Source: Octopus vulgaris
Lineage: Eukaryota
DNA length: 64,000 nt
Assembly: GCA_951406725.2 (NCBI GenBank)
Contig: OX597814.1
Coordinates: forward strand, 80,724,001-80,788,000
Direction: 5' to 3'
Made by a program: the position numbers and the translations under genes
Notes under the pieces: model-generated
What the model was told of the DNA's origin: nothing
Seen by the model: the letters and a program-made list of their open reading frames with translations, nothing else
Databases searched by the model: none
Shown here: positions 1 through 11,946 of the stretch, piece by piece
Numbering within the stretch: position 1 is the stretch's first letter
Layout: each line of letters begins with the position of its first letter

Positions 1-519
1 GTTTGTATGTTGACCACTGATTTCACTAAATAAAATTAATAATAAGTTAGGTCCTTTTGTGTTTTCAACTAATCTGCCCAATGTGGATTTCTCCCCCCCT
101 CCCCGAAAATGGGTTTTAGGGTGAGGTATATATTATCTTTACAATTTAAAGTTCAGAAGTGTGGAAGTTGTAAAGATAATTTACGAACATCTCAACTATG
201 CTTAGGTAAAAGAACTAAAACAAATGGAGTAGCAGTGAGTGATAGTTAGACACGCTAATGCAGGCAAAGTGAGTAAAAGGTTTTGTTCTGAATTCACTGC
301 TCTTTTAAGCAAAATAAAACTGCAATTTTTGATGGTAAATTGAATTTAGTTTATCAGTTTCACAGACATTCATATGCAAATATATATATGTAATTAAATA
401 TTAAACTCATTTGTTTTCAAAATATTATTTCCTTTTCTAAGAATAAGATATTTTACAGATTTCATCGATCTTAGAAATGTAAACAAACATGTGCACACAC
501 ACGCACATTCATACGTTCA

Positions 520-589
520 CACATGCATAAACACATGTGTATACGTATGCACATGCAAAGTTATGTATGTATGAATGTATATACATGCG

Positions 590-626
<37 letters not shown>

Positions 627-664
627 ACACACACACACACACACAAACATATACACATGTATAT

Positions 665-750
<86 letters not shown>

Positions 751-845
751 ATTGTTTAACGTCTGACTTCCATGCTGGCATGGCTGGGACATATATATAT
801 ATATATATACAGAGAAAGATAAATGCATATATGTATGTAAATATA

Positions 846-890
<45 letters not shown>

Positions 891-927
891 CATCGTCATC
901 ATCATCATCATCAACAAGTATAGAAGA

Positions 928-958
<31 letters not shown>

Positions 959-1069
959 TGTATGCATGTATGTATGTTTGTATGTATGTATGTATGTTTG
1001 TTTGTATGTATGTATGTATGTATGTATGTATGTATGTATGCATGCATGTATGTATGTATGTATGCATAC

Positions 1070-1102
<33 letters not shown>

Positions 1103-1170
1103 TGTATGTATGTATGTATGTATGCATGTATGTATGTATGTGTGTATGTATGTATGCATGTATGTATGCT
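520..1170. repeat. Compound microsatellite block (CA)n, (TA)n, (GA)n, (TATG)n
   Basis: Directly visible tandem arrays; they account for all the low-complexity ORFs here. Confidence 0.97.
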
Positions 1171-1284
1171 TACAGGATTTTCAGGTTAAATTTTACAGTT
1201 GGCACGAAAGGAAAAGAAAACAATAATATTCCACCTGAAAATAGAAGTATTTTAGAAAAGCATAAACCATCAACTAGATCGTGA

Positions 1285-1650
1285 CTGACCTTGGTGTTGC
1301 AGGCAGAACAGTCAGTGTCTTTCTTAACTGCACTCCACTCATTATAATCCACAGGTTTACAATAAGGGAAATTAGGAGACCAGAAACTGGGGCTGGTAAA
1401 GTCACAGAAATTCTCTAACTACTCCTGATTTTTTCCAGAGGTATGGCAAGGAACAAATCCTGCTGCCACACATGGCTTTCCAGCAGCAATCCTCTCCAGT
1501 CAGGGATTGACCACTGTCTCCAGCAGCTTCATATAGCCATCTGAATTGAGTCTAAGGCCCTGTTCAAAGATGTGGGCAGCATTATGTCACTCTTACTGGA
1601 GACACACTCAAAGACTATCACAGATTAGGAGAACTTGAGTTTTCATGATG
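1285..1650 (-). mobile_element. Degenerate Tc1/mariner (maT/DD37D-like) transposase fragment
   Basis: Minus strand reads HIFEQGLRLNSDGYMKLLETVV..IAAGKPCVWQQD..WSPNFPYCKPVDYNEWSAV, matching the WPPxSPDxNPxDYxVW motif; frameshifted. Confidence 0.8.
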
Positions 1651-1735
1651 TCTATGTCATATCTTAGAGCCTTTACGGTGTTCATAGAGCATCAAGCAAC
1701 AGTCCTAATATTGGCATTTTAATACCTGGTGCAAA

Positions 1736-1872
1736 TCATCTTGATGCAGGTAACTCATTTCCAATACTCAGAGATTTCCACTCCTCTATGTTAGTTAACT
1801 TTTTCTCAAATACATCTTTAACCTTTATGCTTTCCAGTACCATTGACTGTTCACCAATATACCAAGCTGTTT
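1736..1872 (-). CDS. Candidate terminal coding exon (unidentified gene)
   Basis: Strong acceptor (tttccttttttcag) followed by the open frame TAWYIGEQSMVLESIKVKDVFEKKLTNIEEWKSLSIGNELPASR*; phase-compatible with candidate exon 8081-8126. Confidence 0.3.
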
Positions 1873-2139
1873 CTGAAAAAAGGAAACAAAAAAGAATCAT
1901 TAAATTTAGCTCAAACTCCCTGTATATCTATAAGAAAAGAGTACACATGATAAAACTACAGAAATGATAGAAGAAAATGAAAAATAGATAAATGAAAATT
2001 ATGCCCTTCTCAGCTGTTTCTCTAATGACACATAGTTTTGATAACTTGAGATAGAACTGCTACTTCAGTAGTATCAACAAGCCATTGGATGTGGTTTAAT
2101 AACGTACACCAGTATATCACAGATCTATTGTACACAAGT

Positions 2140-2400
2140 AAGGCAAAAGGTAAAGTTACATTCTCGAGTTATGCTGACTCATAAGGGCTGGTTTCCCAGT
2201 TTCATGGTATGTATATTCCCCACCTGGATAGGATACTGGTCTGTCACAGGATTACTCATTTTTGCCTGATAAGTGGACTGGGACAACGTGAAATGAAATG
2301 CTTTGCTCAAGAACACATTGCGTTGCCCAATCCAGAAATTGAATCCACAATCTTACACTCATGTGTTCAAAACCCTAACCACTAAGCCATGTGCCTCCAC
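2140..2400 (-). mobile_element. tRNA-derived SINE (family D)
   Basis: Head tggcttagtggttaggg..gattcaatt..cttgagcaa. Related copies at about 20235-20565(-), 24780-25085(+), 40350-40690(+) and 41145-41455(+). Confidence 0.75.
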
Positions 2401-3194
2401 CATCATACTTGTGTACACTGTATGATACTGTGATATTGTACTTGTGTACCCTACTTGTATACAAGTATATCACAGATCTAAAGTTGGCATATTTTTAAAG
2501 ATATAAATCCCTAATGCCAATTTCTCAGCGATGCCATCTGCCTGAAAAGCAACAGTGAAGTAAGTATTAATATATGTAATGTAATGGGCATTCAAAAATA
2601 TAATTAGAAATAGTTAGCATGAGGAAAGTAAGTTGTAAAGCTTTGATGAAAGAGAGAAAAATCTAAACTGCTTAAAAACTCTACTGACATTTCTGAACAA
2701 AGCTATTTACCAAGAAATTACTTCATTTAGATTAATTATCTACATTCTACTCATTTTTCAACTCAGACAACTAATTTAGTAATAGTTAATTTATGCAATG
2801 GCCACAGTTAATTTCTCTCAAAGTTGATCTTTCTTTAACGTATATTGTCAACACCCTCAGAAATAGGCATGAAAATCTTCAGAACTTCTACTGCTGGTAG
2901 AAAACAATCCACACATGAATCACTATAGGGTGTTGTTGTTTAGTCCCAGGTCAGACCTGATTTAGTAAGCCTATGATCAGAGGCATTCCAACCATGATCA
3001 TTTCATTTTTAAACCCTAGGTCTTTTATCCTTTTCTTTTAGTCAATAAGGTGTCATTTGAGGGAGATTTGGCTGCTATATCTAAAAAATTGAATGACTGG
3101 ATATATACAAGCTCATCTGTCACCATGGGATTTAGGCATAAACTAAATAAGCAACAGCTTTAGACTTCAAAATAATTAAAGGGAATGTCATTAT

Positions 3195-3440
3195 CACCAT
3201 CATTTTTACATCTTTTCCATGCTTCTGTGCATCAGACACAGTTTTACAAAACAGGTTTTCTAGGATCAGATGCCCATCCTGGTGCCAAAATGCACTTGTT
3301 CTTAAGCAAGGTAATATTTACCCATGGCCAGACCTATTCTCACAGAATGTTGGAAATGAATGATATGGCCTGTAGGACAGTGACAGTCATTCACAACTAT
3401 CATACAATGTCAAAGCAAAGGGACACAAATATACACATAC
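3195..3440 (-). mobile_element. SINE-like repeat (family E, (GAT)n-tailed)
   Basis: Shares aaggtaatattt..catggccagac with copies at about 24130-24290, 25100-25315, 51410-51620 and 53140-53365. Confidence 0.65.
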
Positions 3441-3467
3441 ATGCACACACACATCTATATATGCATG

Positions 3468-3505
<38 letters not shown>

Positions 3506-3560
3506 TATATATATATCAAATCAATATGTGTGTGTGTGTGTGTGTGCATGTGTGTGTATG

Positions 3561-3592
<32 letters not shown>

Positions 3593-3627
3593 TGTATGTA
3601 TGTATGTATATATATATATATATATAT

Positions 3628-3836
3628 AGTTAATCCAAACATGAAAACACAAAGAGAAAACATAACAATGTGAGGACGTGGAACAAGTATAGTATTATTG
3701 GACGCTCAGGAAAGAAGGAAAGAAGGAGGGTTTAACATTTTGAGTGGAGCTCTTCGTCAGAAACATAGGAAAAGGAAAGATCCAAAGAAGGGAAGACGGA
3801 GGAAAAAAAATCGACAATGGTACTCATGCGGTCACA
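3628..3836 (-). mobile_element. About 210-bp non-autonomous element with a decayed minimal hammerhead
   Basis: Reverse-complement copy of 49228-49435 with the same ends. HHR at 3730-3764 (gttt CTGACGA a gagc tcc actc AAAA tgtt aaac) shows CpG-type decay. Confidence 0.75.
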
Positions 3837-3839
3837 TTT

Positions 3840-4368
3840 TTAGGGAAATTATTTCCGAGTCCACAGGGGAGTGAAGTTCAATTTAGTGGTACTAAAATGA
3901 ATTACTCATTGTATTATATACATATAAATAGATAGGTTTAAGAGACAGAATCACCCTCAAGCAACTCAATCATCATAGAATGACATTATCCACAATAGGT
4001 ACATATAGGACTAAATATTAAAATTATCAAAATTAATACCTACAATTCTTATTCCAAATTATCAAAATTAATACTGTCAATTCTTATTTCAAATCATATA
4101 CTTTACTACATGCATTTCATGACAACATATTCCTCGATATTACTGAAATAGAATGTCTCTAAATGCAATACCATATGAATACGATTATATTGCCAATCTT
4201 CAGGTCTAGCATATATGATCTTATTTTGCTATTTAGATCCTATATAAAGACATGACAAACTAAAATTATATAACTAGAAGTTGTTGGAATAATTTTACTT
4301 TAGTAAATAATGTCATTCAGTGATGATTGAGTTACTTGAGGGTGAATCTGTCTCTTAAACCTATCTAT
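3840..4368 (-). mobile_element. PLE-like fold-back element with internal hammerhead fossil
   Basis: Inverted arms 3928-3990/4307-4368. Minus strand reads CTGAAGA(4203-4197) t tggcaatata..tatgttgtca t GAAA tgcat GTA. Its 5' part resembles the arm of palindrome 50711-51298. Confidence 0.6.
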
Positions 4369-4371
4369 CTA

Positions 4372-4421
<50 letters not shown>

Positions 4422-4426
4422 CATAC

Positions 4427-4477
<51 letters not shown>

Positions 4478-4935
4478 TGTATGTGTATAAAAATTATATA
4501 CAAAAGGAGAAAGTCACTAAATGGTTTTCCAACATGCTAGATATAGGAGTTAAATCCTAAACCACGAAAAATCTAATTCTTATTTTACTCATGCTGGCCA
4601 CTGGTTAAAATTAATATTTAATTTTTACCGTATATTTTTAGATGTAAATATATATATATACTAAATATGTGGGAAATTCTGTCTGTGGGTGTGTTTGTGG
4701 AGTTGTTAGCTAACTCCTCCTACAGCAAGCAATAATAAATCTCTGAACGAGATGTAAACAGTAACTGCACGACAATGTAAAGTATACTAGTCATCTCAAT
4801 ATGGCTAACCACTAAGGGTGGGTGTTACTGTAGCTTGAAGCCCCAGGAGATCATCGTCTCCAGCTGGCTTTAGGCACACTTTCTGTGCCCTTATGGTATT
4901 TGCAAAGGGAGGTCATCCCTCTCTTGTCAACCTAA

Positions 4936-4994
4936 GTGATATGCATGGACTGCAGTTTCTAGGTATTTGCCTGTCTTCAGCGTACGATAATCAC
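4936..4994 (-). ncRNA. Type I hammerhead ribozyme motif (left arm)
   Basis: Minus strand: cgtacg CTGAAGA cagg caaata cct a GAAAC tgca GTC catgca. Confidence 0.75.
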
Positions 4995-5127
4995 CGGTTT
5001 TCAATGAAGGGAGACCATTTGCAAATCCTTATTTATTGTGCAGACAGTTTTTCGAAATCAGTGCTGAAAAGTTACCGGAAAAACAATAAATAAGGATTTG
5101 CAAACAGTCTCCCTTCATCGAAAACCG

Positions 5128-5186
5128 GTGATTGCCGTACGCTGAAGACAGGCAAATACCTAGAAACTGCAGTCTATGTGTATCAC
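5128..5186 (+). ncRNA. Type I hammerhead ribozyme motif (right arm)
   Basis: cgtacg CTGAAGA c agg caaata cct a GAAAC tgca GTC tatgtg; self-complementary stem III ACTGCAGT. Confidence 0.75.
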
Positions 5187-6009
5187 TTAGGTTGACGAGA
5201 GAGGGATAACCTCCCTTTGCAAATACCATAAGGGTACAGAAAGTGTGCCTAAAGCCAGCTGGAGACGATGATCTCCTGGGGCTACAAGCTACAGTAACAC
5301 CCACCCTTAGTGGTTAGCCATATTGTGATGGCTAGTATACTTTACATCTTCCTACATCGTTTTATTGATTTTGATGAAACTTGACATGTGAGTAGAATTC
5401 ATATCTGGAAACTTCATGGCATGCTCAGATTGTTGAACAAAATTGATAATAGGTGCCCTAGGAAAGGATCCTTTTATATATGTAATATATTTCATTTAAA
5501 CAGCCAATAGAAATAACCCATTCATTTACCTAAATCATTTGGTATAAATAAAATTGAGTATGTTTATTTCTTAGTATTTGAACTGTTAGAATTATTTTCA
5601 CAATTTATCCAGAACAGCTCTTAAACAAGTAAATAGTATTTTTCTAAACAATAGATACACTTATTTCAGTTAGCAACTTATTCACGAATATACCAACACT
5701 AGTGCTGCTGAGGGTAATATTCTCTGGAAACGTACAAAAGCCCTTTTCAGAGTTATTTACTTTGAATTGCTATTATTAACTAATTTCATATTATTGCATA
5801 ATTGACTTCACAATTCGGGTATTCATAACTTATTGGGAATTCCTAAAAACAAGATCCTGTGTAAGACAGTTTATTATTCTCTGTAAATTCACAAAAACCG
5901 TTTCAAGGGCTACATACTTTGTATTGTTGCTATTGTATTAACGAAACAATGATGAGAACAGTACCAAAGGATAAGCGCCGTTTTCACGGGAATTACCAGG
6001 TATGTCAGC

Positions 6010-6046
<37 letters not shown>

Positions 6047-6049
<3 letters not shown>

Positions 6050-6897
6050 GTGCAATAGGTAAATTGTCACCATTTTCTAGTTTTTAATTTCACTCAAGTG
6101 CATTGTTTGTTTTTGATTTTGTTGACTACACAGTATAGTAGGGTCAGTTGGGCACTGTCTGTGAGAAAAACAGCACCAGGATGCAATTCAATCTGCCAGA
6201 AATTTGGAAACAACATGCTGTGCTGCTTGGCATTTGCATCTGAAGCTCCAATACAGATAGTTGCTGAATACACAGAACAACCATTGGCTTGCCATGTCCC
6301 CAAAACATGTACCGAGAGTGACAAAAATCAAACGTCCAATCAACATCATGGTGTATGGAGTGATCAGTAGTGATGGTAAAGTTATGCCTCGATTCATCTT
6401 CACACACAGCCTCAGATTCAACACGGAGGCCTACATCAAGTGCCTGAATGAGGTAGTGCTGCCCTGGGAGAAGAGAGTAGCTGCTGGAAGACCCTATGTC
6501 TGCACCATGCCATACAAGCAGGAGAACCCAGTCATGGCTGTCAGGCAATTTCAGCAAACACAACACCCCTAACATTTGGCCACCTAACTCTCCAGACTGC
6601 AGCTCCCTTGATTACTATGTGTGAGTTGCAGTTGAGTGAGAGAGCAACAAAACTCCTTGTAATACCAAATATGAACTGAAGGTAAGGATTACGGCAGCAT
6701 TCATTAACTTAAACTGTCCAGAAGATTCCAAAATCATCTGGAGGCCATGATTGAAGCCCATGGCGATTTTGTTGAATAAATGTGCTCTTTAGTACTTCAA
6801 GATATTTTAATGTAATTTAGGTAAATATATGTCAAAATGGGATGTCAGTGTTATTTTCATTTTTGCGTAATTTAAATAATATATTCACTGCAACCTG
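6047..6897 (+). mobile_element. Internally deleted maT/DD37D-like DNA transposon
   Basis: Transposase remnant KIKRPINIMVYGVISSDGKVMPRFIF..WPPNSPDCSSLDYYV; both termini are shared with the copy at 8633-9520; TA flanks. Confidence 0.85.
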
Positions 6898-6909
6898 TAT
6901 ATATGTGCA

Positions 6910-6972
<63 letters not shown>

Positions 6973-7159
6973 GGTTTCTTTCAGTTTCCATTTACTAAAT
7001 CTACTTATAAGGCTTTGGTCAGCTTAGGGCTGTTGTAGGAGACACTTGCCCAGTTGGTCACTCAGTAGAACTGAACCAAGAATCATGTGGTCAAGATGCA
7101 AACTTCTTACTACACTGTCATACCTGAACCTATATGTTTTCGATATTATAGTGACCCTT

Positions 7160-7345
7160 AGGATGGTGAGCTGGCAGAATTGTTAGCATGCTGGGCAAGA
7201 CACTTAGCAGCATTTCATCAGTTTTTATGTTCTGAATTCAAATTCCACTGAGGTCAACTTTGCCTTTCATTCTTTTGGGGTCAATAAAATAAGTACCAGT
7301 TGAATACTGGGGTCAATGTAATCTACTTTCTCCCTCCCCCATTAT
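7160..7345 (+). mobile_element. tRNA-derived SINE (family A)
   Basis: gagctggcagaat..gttcaaattcc..gtcaactttgcctttcat..aagtaccag. Copies at about 15297-15515(-), 17068-17305(-), 27490-28030(-, three units), 40980-41130(+) and 41545-41740(-). Confidence 0.8.
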
Positions 7346-8080
7346 GGGAGAATTGTCTTCTAGTTTAGACTCAAGTCAACCAAGGCTTTGTGAGGCAAAA
7401 AGACTAACAGAATAAGTACAAGGCTTAAAGAGAATGTCTTGGGATAGATTTCTTCAACTAAATTCCTTTTAGGCAGTGATCCAGCATGGCCGCGGTCAAG
7501 TGACAGAAACAAGCAAAAGAATAAAAGAATCAGGTCTGACTTGGGATTAAGCATAATCAACAACAACAACAACAACAACCATTATCTTCATAACAGCTGC
7601 AAGATCAAAGATAGACATTTGAGATTCACTTATGCTACAGTCCTAGAAATAACATTATATTAATTAATATGCTTCAGGCCTTCTTTTATTGGACTATTTT
7701 CCTGTGATTAAAAATAGTTCAAAGAATTAACTGATAGGTTGATAGGGTAAAACAAAGTGTTCACTGCAAGAAATATGCAGAAACATAATAAATGAGAAAT
7801 GTCAACCGGCCTAACTATCAGAAAGATCTTTGTTAAACTGATATTTAGTTAGGAATTTGAGAAATCAGTATAAAACCAAAATATAAGAAAAAAAAGAAGA
7901 CATGAAATACATAGATCAATAGATCAATAAGTACTATAGTTATTGAACATTGGAGAATTTACAGAGGAGCTGCTTTGTACCTAAAATGAAGTAGATAAAA
8001 AAAAAAAGAGATATTGATCTGAAATATTATAGCTGTAGGAAATTATTGCAGTAGAAGATAAAAGAAGATTTATACCATAC

Positions 8081-8126
8081 CCTTTCTATGAGTTAAATAG
8101 CGATATATGATTAGATACGCTACAGC
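8081..8126 (-). CDS. Candidate 46-nt internal exon
   Basis: atattttcag|..|gtatgg; reads AVAYLIIYRYLTHRK plus 1 nt and joins in frame to 1872. Confidence 0.25.
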
Positions 8127-8362
8127 CTGAAAATATTGTTATTTTCATATTGATTTCTACCCAGAGATATGGGAGATTTTTGGTGAGAATTAATATCGTT
8201 TCCTCCAATCACTGATTACATTACTTAGCTGTAGAATGTTGCAACAACAACATATTACACCCCACTAACATTCTTGTATTCCTTTACAGGTGGTCTCAGT
8301 CATTTGACACATGCACATAAACAAACACACACACACTGATATATACATATATATCCATGATA

Positions 8363-8411
<49 letters not shown>

Positions 8412-8551
8412 TGTATATATGTATGTATATAGTTCAAAGTATGGAAGAAAGTGGTTACCTGAGAAACGTAAATGACATGAAACTTTGAGCAGTGGTGCAA
8501 TTCATTCAATAATTATACTTTATTAGCGGTATTGATTGCCACATAATATAT

Positions 8552-8610
<59 letters not shown>

Positions 8611-8632
8611 CACACACACATACAAACACACA

Positions 8633-9520
8633 CAGAGGGTGTGGTGAATAAACTGTTGTCTAAATTACTAAAAAATGAAAATAGCATTGACATCTCATTT
8701 TAACAGATGTATTTACTAAAATTACATAAAAATATCTTCAAATACTAAAGAGTAAATTTATTCAATAAAATCGCCATGGATTTCAACCATGGCCTCCAGA
8801 CGACTTCAGAATCTCCTGCAATTCTTCTTGATGGTCTTATTTAGTTGGTGAATGTTGCCATAATCCTTGCCTTCAATTCATCTTTGGGATTACTAGAAGA
8901 TTTGTTGGTCTCTCACTTAAATGTGCCCCATACATAATAATTAAGGGGGTTGCAGTCTGGGGAGTTAAGTGACCAGATATTAGGGTAGATGTGGTTGCAG
9001 AAATTGTCTGACAACCATGACTGGGTTCTCCTGTCTGTGTGGCATGGTGCAGAGACCTGTTGCCAGACATGAGGTCTTTCAGCAGCCATCCTCTTCACCC
9101 AATACAGCACTACCTCCTCTAGGCACTTGATGTGAGCCTCCATGTTGAGTCTGAGGCTGTGTAGGAAGATGAATGACAGCATAACATTACCCTCACTAGT
9201 GATCACTCCAAACACCATGTTGTTGACTGGATGTTTGATTTTTATCACTCTCAGTACATGTCCTCAGATTGCACTGTCCTTAGATTGACACCCAAACACT
9301 CTGAAATGTTCATAATAGAGCTTCTGTACAAATGCCAAGCAGCACAGCATGTCGTTTTCAAATTTCTGGCAGAGTGAATTGTGTCATGGTGCTGTTTTTC
9401 TCACAAGGCAGTGCCAAACTGACCCAACTATACTGTGTAGTTGACAAAATCAAAAACAAAACAATGCACATGTGTGAAATGAAAAATACAAAATGGTGAC
9501 AATTTACCCATCACATCCTG
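8633..9520 (-). mobile_element. Internally deleted maT/DD37D-like DNA transposon (inverted relative to 6047-6897)
   Basis: ORF 8913-9248: MVFGVITSEG..VWQQVSAPCH..WSLNSPDCNPLNYYVW. Confidence 0.88.
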
Positions 9521-9524
9521 TATG

Positions 9525-9560
<36 letters not shown>

Positions 9561-9752
9561 CCTTGCCTTCGAACGTGGAGTAGATGAAACAGGGACAACT
9601 GAAGAAAGGGAATATTCTTTATGTTGTATGTCTTGTTTCTCTGTTTGATTTTTTTTCATTGTTTGAAAAAGTTTGTTTCTATGTTTTTGTTTTTATGTTT
9701 TCATTTCTCATTGTGTTCAACGTTTTTTTTTATGTCCTGTACCCATATATGC

Positions 9753-9801
<49 letters not shown>

Positions 9802-9803
<2 letters not shown>

Positions 9804-10085
9804 TAAAAGGAATTCCAACCTTGTCTGATTTTCACGTTTTATTTACAATCTTATAATGATATATTATAAGATAATATAGTATAATGGAATAAAATAAAAT
9901 AGTAGAATGTTAAATGTTCATTCTGATTGAACTAGTATTTTCATGCATTAAATTCTGCAATCTTCAGGTTCATGTAGTAGTGGTGACAGTCATGCTTCAC
10001 AATTTTTGACTATTATCTTATAATATATCATTGTAAGATTGTAAATAAAACGTGAAAATCAGACAAGGTTGGAATTCCTTTTATT
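9802..10085. repeat. Fold-back element, about 75-bp inverted arms, enclosing a hammerhead
   Basis: Arms 9802-9876 and 10011-10085 are near-perfect reverse complements. Confidence 0.9.
9928..9972 (-). ncRNA. Minimal type I hammerhead motif
   Basis: tgaac CTGAAGA t tgca gaatttaa tgca t GAAA ata CTA gttca; perfect 5-bp stem I. Confidence 0.7.
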
Positions 10086-10165
10086 TATATATTCTTCTAT
10101 ACACAATCACACACACCCATATATATATCTATCTATCTATCTATCTATATATATATATATATATA

Positions 10166-10366
10166 CAGGGTGGCCCAAAAGTAAGTTTACAGCTATTCAA
10201 CTATCTCTTTCACATTCATATATTAACAGTGTAGATCTTAATTAAGTAAAGATATGAAACCATTCTTCTATGCTAATTTAGTTAATTGTAAGATAGAAAT
10301 TTTAATGTAATGTTTTAAAAGAAATTTAAAGTGCCTACGTGATAACTGTAAACATACTTTTGGGCC

Positions 10367-10372
<6 letters not shown>
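10166..10372. mobile_element. Tc1/mariner-type MITE
   Basis: TIRs cagggtggcccaaaagta.gtttacag / ctgtaaac.tacttttgggccaccct, inserted in (TA)n. Confidence 0.85.
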
Positions 10373-10406
<34 letters not shown>

Positions 10407-10474
10407 ACCCATACCAGCATAGAAAGCAGATAGTAAATGATGATGAAACATACATACATACACACATACATATA

Positions 10475-10534
<60 letters not shown>

Positions 10535-10645
10535 GAATAGTATTACAGTGGGGATCAAAAAGGTCTTGGTAAATTCATTTGAAATGCATTTAGCGATGTT
10601 TTGAACTGACTATTCATCTTTGTTTACTTCCTATCTGCCTGTCTA

Positions 10646-10676
<31 letters not shown>

Positions 10677-10779
10677 TTCTATCTATCTATTTATCTATCT
10701 CTATCTCTCTATATATGTATGTATGTATTTACGTACGTACATACGTATGTATGTATGTATCTCTTATGCCCAACTTTTT

Positions 10780-11030
10780 CTCAAGATGCTTGCACTCTAT
10801 CATACAAACACACTGACATTGCACATCCAGCAAAGCATCTTGGTTTCATTTCTTTCAAGCCTACACATGACCTCAGCTGTCACAATCCGTGTTTCATTGC
10901 CATGTAGCATAGCTGTTCGCGTGCAGGCATCATACACTTTACCTTTCACTCTGAGGACGAGGCACTTTATTGCCAGCAGAAGTAGGGGCTCTCTGAACTT
11001 TGCTTAGCCTATTCTTATTCTCACAGCTAC
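10780..11030 (-). mobile_element. RTE-clade LINE RT C-terminal fragment
   Basis: RIG*AKFRE..RVKGKVYDACTRTAMLHGNET..RLERNETKMLCWMCNVS. Confidence 0.8.
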
Positions 11031-11049
11031 GCTCTCTGAACAACCACCT

Positions 11050-11216
11050 CTGCTGCATAAAAGCACCCATTACACTCTCAGAGTGGTTGGCATTAAGAAG
11101 GGCATTCAGCCATAGAGACCATGCCAAATCAGACCGGAGTCTGGTACAGCCTTCAAGTTTGCCAGCCCTAGTCAAATTGTCAAACCCATGCCAGTATGGA
11201 CAACAGCTGTTAAATT

Positions 11217-11252
<36 letters not shown>
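11050..11252 (+). mobile_element. SINE/RTE-tail repeat (family C) ending in (GAT)n
   Basis: aaaagcaccc..gagtggttggc.ttaggaagggcatccagc..acccatgccagcatgg..(gat)n. Further copies at about 16755, 30680, 33290, 33990, 42030, 42690, 43668, 48280, 49980 (two), 54860 and 60190. Confidence 0.8.
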
Positions 11253-11729
11253 TTCTTTGTGCAACATGTGATCAAGCATTGTCTTGCAAGAGAATTGGCC
11301 TGTCTCTATTGACCTATTTCGGTTGTTTAATTGTAAGTTCACTCATCATTTCATCCAATTGGTTGATGTATACCTCGGCTGTAATTTAATTAACAGGTCT
11401 ACACCTATCAAACCATGAAAATTCCTCACTACATCTTATATTACTACAGCCAAAATCAGTTTTTATCCAGTTGGAGTAACTCACTCCAGATTAGGAACTA
11501 CTGCTCTGCAATATGCAATTGAAATTCCTTTTTCAAATCTCATTCTATGGACACAACTTCTATAGTGTAAAGATATTTGAGCATAAAGACCAACTCTCAA
11601 CTGTCAACTGTGTTTAACCTGTAAATTTTCTTATTTATTAAGTTATACTTACATTCTCAACTCATGTGTATGAAGCCTATGTTGTAATCCTTTATATGTT
11701 CAACTGGTATGTAAAGGAGCCAGAAATTT

Positions 11730-11946
11730 CATTCTTTAGCATTAAGATTACTCTTTGCCTTATTTATCCACATTGTTTTGGATTTATCTTGCATAATCTT
11801 ATAGCCTTAAGATTCTGATAATATAATTGTTTATCCTTAAGCTGACATTCTAGGGTAAGTGTAAGAGGCCAGATCTGGCTAGTTTTAATGTAAAGCATAC
11901 AGAATATTTGTACTAGATGTGATGGGTTTAAACACTAAATGGTTAA
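11730..11946 (+). mobile_element. piggyBac-type (TTAA) MITE, decayed
   Basis: Family ttaaccctttagcatt..aatgctaaagggttaa; copies at 31137-31355, 32880-33107 and 53575-53793. Confidence 0.7.

Larger units (their letters stand above)
4775..5347. repeat. Long palindrome (265-bp arms, 43-bp spacer) with a hammerhead in each arm
   Basis: Arms 4775-5039 and 5083-5347 are near-perfect reverse complements. Confidence 0.95.
4655..6012 (+). mobile_element. Helitron-like non-autonomous element interrupted by a palindromic insertion
   Basis: tatatacta..ctgtctgt..aactcctcctaca | ..gattttgatgaaacttgac, plus a 3' cggg..ccaggtatgtcagcta end typical of DINE-1/Lep1-like elements; tcctaca occurs on both sides of the insertion. 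Confidence 0.45.

Noticed and set aside
132-180. 13-bp inverted repeat attatctttacaa/ttgtaaagataat
   Set aside because: Short and AT-rich; probably part of a truncated repeat at the window edge.
509-1284. Many overlapping ORFs (YIYI, HTHT, MYVC), also at 20523, 44636 and 55907-57183
   Set aside because: Translations of di- and tetranucleotide microsatellites.
9560-9745. GAA..CTGAAGA motif as a possible type II hammerhead (also 21085-21122, minus)
   Set aside because: No convincing stem I or stem III pairing.
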